A stretch of 10,256 nt of DNA, from the NCBI GenBank assembly GCA_041586955.1, contig JBFGZE010000101.1, forward strand, positions 1 through 10,256, in the 5' to 3' direction. Positions within the stretch are counted from its first letter, which is position 1. The number at the start of each line of letters is the position of its first letter. Shown here in pieces: positions 1-6,558 of this stretch. Position numbers and translations under genes: made by a program. Origin of the DNA: Bacteriovoracaceae bacterium. GTDB taxonomy: Bacteria; Bdellovibrionota; Bacteriovoracia; Bacteriovoracales; Bacteriovoracaceae. Below the pieces are notes generated by a model. That model worked only from the letters and a program-made list of their open reading frames with translations. It searched no databases and was not told the DNA's origin.

Positions 1-2
1 GG

Positions 3-1253
3 CCGGGATTTATCGGTAAAGATAAAATTGAATATAAGGTTAATGACGGCAAATTAGATTCACTCGTTGGAACAATTCATATTGACGTTCAGGCCATTAG
101 CGCCAATGTCGCTCCTATTGCTGAGGGCAATTCCGCTCAAGTTGAAGAGGGAAAAACCGCCATTATTAACCTCAAGGCGAAAGATGATAATGGTGATCAA
201 TTAATTTATTCGATTACTAAGGTTCCTGCTGCAGGGATATTAAAACTAAAGGACAATAAGGTTATCTATACAGCGAAGGATGGTTATACTGGGGAAGATC
301 GTTTCAGTTTTAAAGCGAATGATGGTAATTTTGACTCAAATGAAGCTGAAATCCTCGTCAGGATTTCAGGTCGGCCGGCCTATAATACTGCACCCATTGT
401 TTCAGACATCATGTTAAGGGGTCTTACCTCATCTGACATTCATGGAAAGCTTAAGGGCAGTGATCAAGACGGTGATTCATTAACCTATGAAATTGTGATG
501 ACTGCTAAGAATGGTAAGGCCAGAATTGAAAGTGATGAAATTCTTTTCCGGTCTGATGCTAATTTCTCCGGAAAAGAGCAACTCTCTTACCGCGCATTTG
601 ATGGTAAAGATTATTCAACAACTGCAAAAATCATTATTGATGTTAAAAAGAAAGTGATCGGTGGTAGTCAGAAAATGTTTATGGCCGGTGCTAATGGGGA
701 AGTGACGATTGAGGCGGAAAGTTATTCTTCTATCGATACAAAAGGGGTGATGACGAATTGGGTTAGTCAAAAGCAGACGAGTGTACCTAGTTCCGAGGAT
801 ACGGTTTTAATGCAGGCCTTACCAGACGCAGGCCTTTATTATAAAACTGATCAGAATTTTCTTTCAGGTTCTTCAATGAGTTATTATTTTAAAGTGGAAA
901 AGAGTGGAGATTATTATTTAGCATTCCGTGGGGTAGGTAATTCAAAAAATGGTCAAAACTACAGGGAAAGCAATTCCATTAATTACCATCTGGTGGAAGA
1001 GGGCGCCACGGGGCGAGCTTATTTTGATAGTACATTAGGATGGAGAAGCGCAAGTAATATTAAAGGGAGACATAGACCTGCATTTTCCTTAAAGCAGGGA
1101 GGGGTTTATCGCCTTGATATCCACGTCCGTGAAGATGGTGTTCTACTCGATCGTTTCGTTATTACACCAAATAAAAGTAAGCGTATTAAAGGTACTGGGC
1201 CACAGGAAAGTCAGTATTTTACTCAAGGAGTTTCTTTCAAATCGCCCAGGTGA
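3..1253 (+). CDS. Large surface/secreted protein (5'-truncated by the window edge): tandem Ig/cadherin-like (Big_9 / tandem-95 type) repeats plus a C-terminal CBM/GH115_C-like beta-sandwich
   Basis: The frame of ORF 411..1253 is open back to base 3: PGFIGKDKIEYKVNDGKLDS...NVAPIAEGNSAQVEEGKTAIINLKAKDDNGDQLIYSITKVPAAG...YTGEDRFSFKANDGNFDS...NTAPIV. Repeats carry the NxAP, DxDGDxLxY and FxGxDxFxYxxxDG signatures. The C-terminal part (NGEVTIEAESY...IHVREDGVLLDRFVIT) has EAE and REDG..D motifs typical of galactose-binding-like/GH115_C domains. Confidence 0.85.
   Translation, partial: PGFIGKDKIEYKVNDGKLDSLVGTIHIDVQAISANVAPIAEGNSAQVEEGKTAIINLKAKDDNGDQLIYSITKVPAAGILKLKDNKVIYTAKDGYTGEDRFSFKANDGNFDSNEAEILVRISGRPAYNTAPIVSDIMLRGLTSSDIHGKLKGSDQDGDSLTYEIVMTAKNGKARIESDEILFRSDANFSGKEQLSYRAFDGKDYSTTAKIIIDVKKKVIGGSQKMFMAGANGEVTIEAESYSSIDTKGVMTNWVSQKQTSVPSSEDTVLMQALPDAGLYYKTDQNFLSGSSMSYYFKVEKSGDYYLAFRGVGNSKNGQNYRESNSINYHLVEEGATGRAYFDSTLGWRSASNIKGRHRPAFSLKQGGVYRLDIHVREDGVLLDRFVITPNKSKRIKGTGPQESQYFTQGVSFKSPR
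105..644 (+). repeat. Two complete protein-level Ig-like repeat units (starts at 105 and 384; period 279 nt = 93 aa), preceded by the tail of a third unit (3-~92)
   Basis: Aligned motifs: NVAPIA/NTAPIV; KDDNGDQLIYSI/SDQDGDSLTYEI; GFIGKDKIEYKVNDG/GYTGEDRFSFKANDG/NFSGKEQLSYRAFDG. The units are diverged at the DNA level. Confidence 0.85.
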
Positions 1254-1280
1254 AATGTAAATTTTGATATAAGTATCTTT

Positions 1281-1310
1281 GAAATCTTTATGATCGAAAT
1301 CTTTATGATC
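1281..1310. repeat. Perfect 15-bp tandem duplication (GAAATCTTTATGATC)x2 in a convergent intergenic gap
   Basis: Read directly: 1281-1295 is identical to 1296-1310. Confidence 0.95.
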
Positions 1311-1312
1311 AT

Positions 1313-1750
1313 TTATTTCTTATTCTTTATGAGGTGAAAAAGGTCATTGATTGTTTCTTTTAAGTCGTGAAAGTAATCGTTCTTACGAATATGAACAGTC
1401 TTAAAATCACCACTTTTAATCGAATCCTTTACGACTTTATTAATACGCCAAATTGGGCCGGCCACGCGATGGGATATGACATACCCACCAATAATAGTAA
1501 AAAGGAGAGTGAAAAAAAAGGAGGCCGAGATATAGTCTTCTAATAGTCCTTGTTGCATATTGATAAATTGAACGATTTTCCCTTCGGGATCGAGTCCGGC
1601 TTCTTTGCACATTTTATAAAATGAATCAAAGGCCATAAGAGCAAATAATTTGACCAGAAGAAAATTAATAAGCATTACAAAACTAAAGTACCCAATTAAT
1701 TTGAATTGAAAACGAGGGTTAATAAACCAAACTCTTCTATTAAGCTTCAT
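1313..1750 (-). CDS. Small inner-membrane protein: 2 TM helices, a short extracytoplasmic loop and a C-terminal HAMP-like domain, with no output domain
   Basis: Basic N-terminus RRVWFINPRFQFK; TM1 (LIGYFSFVMLINFLLVKLFALMAF); TM2 (ISASFFFTLLFTIIGGYVI); then SHRVAGPIWRI...IRKNDYFHDLKETINDL (HAMP pattern). SD AAAGGAA lies upstream of the ATG. Confidence 0.8.
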   Translation of the reverse strand: MKLNRRVWFINPRFQFKLIGYFSFVMLINFLLVKLFALMAFDSFYKMCKEAGLDPEGKIVQFINMQQGLLEDYISASFFFTLLFTIIGGYVISHRVAGPIWRINKVVKDSIKSGDFKTVHIRKNDYFHDLKETINDLFHLIKNKK

Positions 1751-1769
1751 AATATATTCCTTTCATGCT

Positions 1770-1797
1770 TTGTCGGCATTTCTTTGAAAAAACATAA
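1770..1797 (-). promoter_or_regulatory. Candidate sigma28 (FliA) promoter for the HAMP protein gene
   Basis: Minus strand reads TTATGTTT-N12-GCCGACAA, against the consensus TAAAGTTT-N11-GCCGATAA (-10 matches 7/8, -35 is weaker). It ends 19 nt before the ATG. Confidence 0.45.
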
Positions 1798-1871
1798 AAA
1801 ATATTGATTATTTTTGTAATGACCTGACTTAAGAAGTGGGTAACTGTTTGATAATATTTGTTATCTGATAA

Positions 1872-2513
1872 TTATACGTTGGTAATATCTATTGTGATAG
1901 GGGGATTGGCATAGACATATTGCCTATTGAGATTAGAGGCATTAATGAAAAGCGTACCATCTTTTTCTTCTATTCCATAGGCCTCATGAATATGGCCAAA
2001 AGCATGAATACGCGGGCGAATGGACTTTATCTTGTTTAGTAGGTCCTGACAGCCAAAATTTTCCCCAAAATAGAGAAGATCTAGAATATTGAAAGGGGGG
2101 CCGTGAGTAATCAAAATATCAGTATTATCAGGAATAAGGTCCCAATGTTTTTTTATCGTTTGTCCTCGGGCACGGTTAAAGGCCCAATTATTAAAGCTTG
2201 GTTGAATGGGGGAGCCCCAAAACTTGAGGCCTTCTAGTTCTATGCCGGAGTCATTGAGATAAAATGCCCCTGCTTCTTGAATGAGTCCCTCGGCCTGTTC
2301 CTTTTTTTTTCTATTTTCAAATGAAAGGTCATGGTTTCCGGCAATAATAATTTTATGAGCGTAATCTTGCTTTTTGAGCCAGGAGGTAAAGTGAATAACC
2401 TCATTTAGGCCTCCCTTATTGGTGAAGTCGCCACAATGAACAAGGCAATCTCCAATGGGCATGGGGATATCCTCATGTTTTTGATGAGTATCTGAAATAA
2501 AGACTATTTTCAT
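1872..2513 (-). CDS. Calcineurin-like metallophosphoesterase, MPPED/239FB-like subfamily
   Basis: Motifs ISDTH, HCGDFT, IAGNHD, ILITHGPP and FGHIHE, plus the subfamily-type GSPIQP.F.NWAFN and IP..TDIL. Confidence 0.92.
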   Translation of the reverse strand: MKIVFISDTHQKHEDIPMPIGDCLVHCGDFTNKGGLNEVIHFTSWLKKQDYAHKIIIAGNHDLSFENRKKKEQAEGLIQEAGAFYLNDSGIELEGLKFWGSPIQPSFNNWAFNRARGQTIKKHWDLIPDNTDILITHGPPFNILDLLYFGENFGCQDLLNKIKSIRPRIHAFGHIHEAYGIEEKDGTLFINASNLNRQYVYANPPITIDITNV

Positions 2514-3373
2514 TAAAGTCCTCTTAGCAAATTGAGGGAAGGCCTGATAAAATCATGCAGTGTTTTAAATTCACCAGAAAATTGAAAAAAATGGGCCACC
2601 TGTGAAAAGACTTCTTCTTTTTTTAATCCCCCTAGGCGCAGTTCTCGCAGAGATTGGGCACCTTTTGACTTTGATAATTTTTGGTTCTGATCGCTACACA
2701 TTAAAGGGTGATGGTAAATTTTTGCTTGTGAGAATTGATCAAAATCAAAGTGTCTGGCCAAAAACTGTTGGCATTGAGTCGATGCTAAAAGGTCTTCTCC
2801 ACGGATGATATGATTAATCCCCTCCTTTTGATCATCAAAAATTGAAGTTAATTGATAGGAGGGAATATTTTCACGACGCCAAATAATGAGGTCGTTTAAG
2901 GCCGGTTCATCAATATTAAGACCAGGTGTCTTAAAGCGAATAGCATTATTTAAAGGACTATAGGACATATTTTTATGATAACAAGTTTGGGGATAAACAC
3001 CTTCTGGGCATATACTTAGGATGTCTTTGCGACTGCAGTCGCAGACAAAGAGAAGGTTTTTAATTTTTTGTGCTTGTAAGGCCTGCCAATAATCCTTTGT
3101 CTTAAGGGATTGGGAGAAAGATTCACGATATTCTTTTAAGTTACGCGGGCCATGGTCAAAGTTAAGTCCTAACCAATTGAGAGTGGTAAAGACATCCTCG
3201 ATATATTCGTCTTTACAGCGGTTAAAATCGGCATCATCTAAACGTAGAGTTAGAGAACCGTTCATGGCACGAGTGGTGGCCCATGTTAAAATAAAATTGG
3301 CGATATTACCCAGGTGTAAATATCCATTAGGAGTAGGGGCCAAACGAGAGCGAATAAGAGGGCGAGTCGCCAT
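2513..3373 (-). CDS. gluQ: Glutamyl-Q tRNA(Asp) synthetase (GluRS paralog lacking the anticodon-binding domain)
   Basis: HIGH region RLAPTPNGYLHLGN, Zn motif CDC...YPQTC, IIRGEDL and KMSKS-like KLSKS. Only 286 aa, ending soon after KLSKS. The stop overlaps the next start (TAATG at 2515-2511). Confidence 0.85.
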   Translation of the reverse strand: MATRPLIRSRLAPTPNGYLHLGNIANFILTWATTRAMNGSLTLRLDDADFNRCKDEYIEDVFTTLNWLGLNFDHGPRNLKEYRESFSQSLKTKDYWQALQAQKIKNLLFVCDCSRKDILSICPEGVYPQTCYHKNMSYSPLNNAIRFKTPGLNIDEPALNDLIIWRRENIPSYQLTSIFDDQKEGINHIIRGEDLLASTQCQQFLARHFDFDQFSQAKIYHHPLMCSDQNQKLSKSKGAQSLRELRLGGLKKEEVFSQVAHFFQFSGEFKTLHDFIRPSLNLLRGL

Positions 3374-3389
3374 GATACTTTTCCTTCTA

Positions 3390-3398
3390 TGCTATACT
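3390..3398 (+). promoter_or_regulatory. Candidate extended -10 promoter for cutA
   Basis: TGCTATACT (TGnTATAcT) about 73 nt upstream of the ATG. A TTGACA at 3424-3429 lacks a good -10. SD AAAGGAG lies at ~3460-3466. Confidence 0.4.
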
Positions 3399-3471
3399 TT
3401 TACCATGCCGAATCTTGCTCAACTTGACAAGGAAGATGCGCTGCATAGCAAGTAACACTAAAGGAGAGTGA

Positions 3472-3783
3472 ATGAATTTATTAATGGTTTATTGTCCTAT
3501 CTCAAATTTTGATGATGCCCGCCGATTAAGTCGTCTCTTATTAAAGGAACGCCTTATTGCCTGTGCCAATTATTGGCCAATTCACTCTCTTTATCATTGG
3601 GACAATGAATTACAAGAGGATCAAGAAGTTGTCATAATAATGAAAACATCGGCGGATAAAAAGGATGCCGTTAAAGAGTTGATTGAATCCAATCACCCTT
3701 ATGATTGTCCCTGTATTCTTTTTTTAAAACCAGAGGATTGTAATAGTGCTTTTACCAATTGGGTGAGCGGTGAATTGGCCTAG
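3472..3783 (+). CDS. cutA: Divalent-cation tolerance protein CutA
   Basis: 103 aa with LLKERLIACAN, SLYHWDNELQEDQE, MKT and HPYDCPCI motifs; strong SD. Confidence 0.93.
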   Translation: MNLLMVYCPISNFDDARRLSRLLLKERLIACANYWPIHSLYHWDNELQEDQEVVIIMKTSADKKDAVKELIESNHPYDCPCILFLKPEDCNSAFTNWVSGELA

Positions 3784-4574
3784 CTCGAGGCCGAATCGTA
3801 TTTGCGCAATCCAATTTTCCATAAAATTCGGTGCAGAAACCAGAAAAAAGTGATCGCTAAAATTAAGGCCAGGAGCCAATTTATTTTACTTTTGTCATAA
3901 AGGTATTGCACGGGACTGGAGCCGATTAATAAAATGGGAGCGGCGACCAGAAAAAACTTTTGGGTATATCCCGAGAAGACAAAATAAGGCCATCTCGCCA
4001 TTTGCTGAAATTGCATTCTTAGAAAATTAATGCCCCAACCCTCTGTTAGCCAAAAGGTCGATGTAATTAAGCATATTTCCATTAAGACTAATAAGGCCAA
4101 GGATAAGAGGATAAAAAGGGGAACCAAAAGCCAATCCACAAAGCTGAGAGGAATTTGGCTGCCATAATAATAGAGTATAACCCAGACAGTGATAAAATTG
4201 ACCAGGCTGGACACTCTGATATGGCGGAAAAAAACAGAAAAAACGGAATTAAGTGGTTTCAGTAAAATAAAGTCCAGGCCACCGGTGCGAATTTCATGGG
4301 ATAACATCCAGAAATTACCAGAGACGAAGGTCATATGAATTTGGTCCAATGTCAGCATATAAGAGATGAAAAACATAAGCTGGGGTTTATTCCAAGGACC
4401 AATTTGTTCAACATGATCATAAATAAAGCTGACTGACTGCAAACTCGTGAAATAAAAAAGAATATCCATAAGGATAAGTAAAGTAAAATTGAGGCGATAA
4501 CTGGTGGCCTCGGCCACGCAGGTTTTAAAGAAATGCTTATACACGCCCCAATATTGGGAAAAAGCTTGTTTCAT
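3780..4574 (-). CDS. ABC-2 family exporter permease (ABC2_membrane_6/DUF990 type), 264 aa
   Basis: The true start is most likely ATG 4574 (MKQAFSQYW...), overlapping the upstream TAA (TAATG). The ORF-track extension to 4766 lies inside the upstream gene. Motifs YRLNF, IGPWNK and IRTGGLDFILLKP; multiple TM segments. Confidence 0.88.
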   Translation of the reverse strand: MKQAFSQYWGVYKHFFKTCVAEATSYRLNFTLLILMDILFYFTSLQSVSFIYDHVEQIGPWNKPQLMFFISYMLTLDQIHMTFVSGNFWMLSHEIRTGGLDFILLKPLNSVFSVFFRHIRVSSLVNFITVWVILYYYGSQIPLSFVDWLLVPLFILLSLALLVLMEICLITSTFWLTEGWGINFLRMQFQQMARWPYFVFSGYTQKFFLVAAPILLIGSSPVQYLYDKSKINWLLALILAITFFWFLHRILWKIGLRKYDSASS

Positions 4575-5383
4575 TACATCCCCGCCGCGGTATAAAGGCG
4601 CATGCCTTTTTTCCAAATAAGTCGATTGAGAAGAAAGACTGGAAGCATCCAAAGACAAAGGGCAAAAATCCCCTTGAGCATTAAATGAGAGTCTCCCATA
4701 AATATCTTGATAGGGTAATAACCTAAATAGGGAAAAGGGGTATAATCCAATATTTGAGTGAGCCATTTCGGGTAAAATTCAAGTGGGATGACCGCACCGG
4801 AAAGAAAACTTGTAATCATTTGGAAAATGACTCGTAAAATCCATGTTTCCTCTAGCCAAAAGGCCATCAGCCCCAGCATATATTGAACTCCAAACCAAAA
4901 AATACCCACTAATTGGCAATAGACTAAACCCTTGAAGAAGGGGATTAAGGAGAGTTGATGATAAAAATCTCCGTAGAGGAAGAGAGTAAAGGTAATCAAG
5001 CCGATACCTAATTGTAAAACTTGAAAGGCGAGAAAATTGGCCGAGTGGTATTCCCAGAAATTAAAGGGATAGATCAGATAGTTTGAAATTCGACCAAGGC
5101 GAATGTCCTCGGCCAGGTTCATGGAGTTATGGCCAGTTGCCCATAAGCTGATAAGGAGACCCCAGAGATGGTATTCGAGCATTTCTGGCAAATGATAACC
5201 TTGAATGACGATATCACTTTTATGGTTAAAGATAGTGGACCATAAATTATACTTAATAAAAAAGAAAACGAAGGTTGGGCCCAAGACCTGTAATAGGAAA
5301 TTCACTCGATAGGTTAATAAATTAGACCAGCAAATTTTTAAGGTCTGCGCCCACTTTTGCAGATTAGTGATTATTCTTACCAA
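4574..5383 (-). CDS. ABC-2 family exporter permease (ABC2_membrane_6/DUF990 type)
   Basis: Motifs YRVNF, IRLGRISNYLIYP, FLSGAVIPLEFYP, PFPYLGYYP and C-terminal YTAAGM. TTG start with GGAG 7 nt upstream; overlaps the ATPase end by 20 nt. Confidence 0.88.
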   Translation of the reverse strand: MVRIITNLQKWAQTLKICWSNLLTYRVNFLLQVLGPTFVFFFIKYNLWSTIFNHKSDIVIQGYHLPEMLEYHLWGLLISLWATGHNSMNLAEDIRLGRISNYLIYPFNFWEYHSANFLAFQVLQLGIGLITFTLFLYGDFYHQLSLIPFFKGLVYCQLVGIFWFGVQYMLGLMAFWLEETWILRVIFQMITSFLSGAVIPLEFYPKWLTQILDYTPFPYLGYYPIKIFMGDSHLMLKGIFALCLWMLPVFLLNRLIWKKGMRLYTAAGM

Positions 5384-6362
5384 CGAGAATCTCCGGGTTA
5401 TTGAGAAGTGTCTTCATGACATTTTCGATGGGAACATTATCTGACGCAAAATCGGTAACAGGAAAGTTCTTTAAGATCTCAATACAGTCTTGGCGTAGCC
5501 CTTCTATGGGCATACGCAATTCCACTTGAGTAAACTCAGGGTTCCATTTGGGAGAAAATTTATCAAATGGGGTCCTTTGATTAATACTTTCTTCAAAGTG
5601 AAAAGTAATCGATTTTTCATTACCAAGAAAATTTTCAAATTCGCTAATGGCACCATCAAAAGCCTTTTGTCCTTCAAAGATCAGAACGAGGCGCTGGCAT
5701 AATTCGCTGACGTCGGCCATATAATGAGAGGTTAATATGATAGTTGTTTGATGCTCCTTTTGAAAATCTTTGACAAATTGGCGGATTTTCTCCTGAGCGA
5801 CAAGGTCGAGGCCAATCGTTGGCTCATCTAAAAATATAACTTCAGGGTTATGTAAAAGGCTGGCCATCAACTCCATTTTCATGCGCTCTCCAAGTGAGAG
5901 CTTTCGTACGTGAACTTCTAATAAGCGTTGGACATCCAATAATTCGGCCATATAGTCGAGGCGCTCTTTGAATTGTTTTTGAGGAACCTCGTAATACTTT
6001 TGCAATAATAAAAAGGAGTCGAGAGCGGGAATATCCCACCATAATTGGGATTTCTGACCCATCACTAAAGCGATCTTTTTACGGAATTCCTTATGCCTTT
6101 CAAAAGGTTTAAAACCTAAGACCTCAAGTTGGCCATGACTTGGGACAATGATACCAGTAAACATTTTCATGAGAGTGGTTTTTCCGGCACCATTTGGGCC
6201 GAGTAGCCCTATTATTTCGCCTTTTTTGATTTCTAGGTCAAAGCTATTAACCGCCTGCTTAGTGGTATATTCTCTTTTATAAAGAGATGAAATTGAGCCG
6301 AGCAGACCGGGCCTTTTTTGGTAGGAGATAAATTCTTTAGTGAGACCTTTTGCTATAATCAT
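5364..6362 (-). CDS. ABC exporter ATP-binding subunit, NatA-like subfamily
   Basis: Walker A GPNGAGKTT, Q-loop GQKSQLWWDIP, variant signature LSLGERMK, Walker B IFLDEPTIGLD and H-loop TSHYM. Confidence 0.93.
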   Translation of the reverse strand: MIIAKGLTKEFISYQKRPGLLGSISSLYKREYTTKQAVNSFDLEIKKGEIIGLLGPNGAGKTTLMKMFTGIIVPSHGQLEVLGFKPFERHKEFRKKIALVMGQKSQLWWDIPALDSFLLLQKYYEVPQKQFKERLDYMAELLDVQRLLEVHVRKLSLGERMKMELMASLLHNPEVIFLDEPTIGLDLVAQEKIRQFVKDFQKEHQTTIILTSHYMADVSELCQRLVLIFEGQKAFDGAISEFENFLGNEKSITFHFEESINQRTPFDKFSPKWNPEFTQVELRMPIEGLRQDCIEILKNFPVTDFASDNVPIENVMKTLLNNPEILVGKNNH

Positions 6363-6368
6363 TGGCAG

Positions 6369-6397
6369 ATGGTAGCAAGAAGTCTTTATTATGAAAA
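6369..6397 (-). promoter_or_regulatory. Candidate sigma70 promoter giving a leaderless ABC-operon mRNA
   Basis: Minus strand reads TTTTCA-N17-TACCAT (with TG extended -10: TGCTACCAT), then 6 nt to ATG 6362. No SD is present. Confidence 0.5.
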
Positions 6398-6412
6398 GAA
6401 AAGGGACGGGTT

Positions 6413-6462
6413 AATGCCGTGTCATTGTTTGGATTTTTTGATCAATGCCGTGAATTTTTTGA
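6413..6462. repeat. Imperfect direct repeat: AATGCCGTG at 6413 and 6444, each followed by ATTTTTTGA (6433, 6454)
   Basis: Read directly; the AATGCCGTG copies are 31 bp apart. Confidence 0.75.
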
Positions 6463-6478
6463 GGGTTCTTCTCCCTCA
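6460..6478. other. Inverted repeat TGAGGG-N7-CCCTCA (hairpin or operator)
   Basis: 6-bp perfect stem. On the + strand it is followed by CTTGTT, a weak U-tract. Confidence 0.5.
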
Positions 6479-6522
6479 CTTGTTAATAAAAATTATGGAA
6501 TTAGTCCGCTTTTAATATCATG

Positions 6523-6551
6523 TTGAGGATACGAACTATTTGCTTTACCAT
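6523..6551 (+). promoter_or_regulatory. Candidate sigma70 promoter giving a leaderless DUF2452 mRNA
   Basis: TTGAGG-N17-TACCAT, then 7 nt to ATG 6559. No properly spaced SD. Confidence 0.5.
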
Positions 6552-6558
6552 CTAGGGC

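Noticed and set aside
411..413. ATG 411 as the start of the first CDS
   Set aside because: The frame is open to the window edge and the ATG falls inside an Ig repeat.
1223..1312. 29-aa minus-strand ORF (MIIKISIIKISKILISKF...) starting right after the HAMP gene stop
   Set aside because: Its repetitiveness comes from the 15-bp duplication; there is no SD and it overlaps the adhesin end.
2513..3373. gltX (true glutamyl-tRNA synthetase) or a truncated gltX pseudogene
   Set aside because: The length, clean coupled stop and intact motifs fit GluQ, which naturally lacks the anticodon-binding domain.
3389..3405. sigma54-like GG-N10-GC (TGGTAAAAGTATAGCA, minus strand) before gluQ
   Set aside because: Poor match outside GG/GC, and the implied TSS would cut off the SD.
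2602..3455. + strand ORFs 2602..2808 and 3177..3455
   Set aside because: Antisense to gluQ, with no recognisable motifs.
4575..4766. 64-aa N-terminal extension of the second permease in the ORF track
   Set aside because: It overlaps the upstream permease in another frame; TAATG coupling at 4574 gives a typical length.
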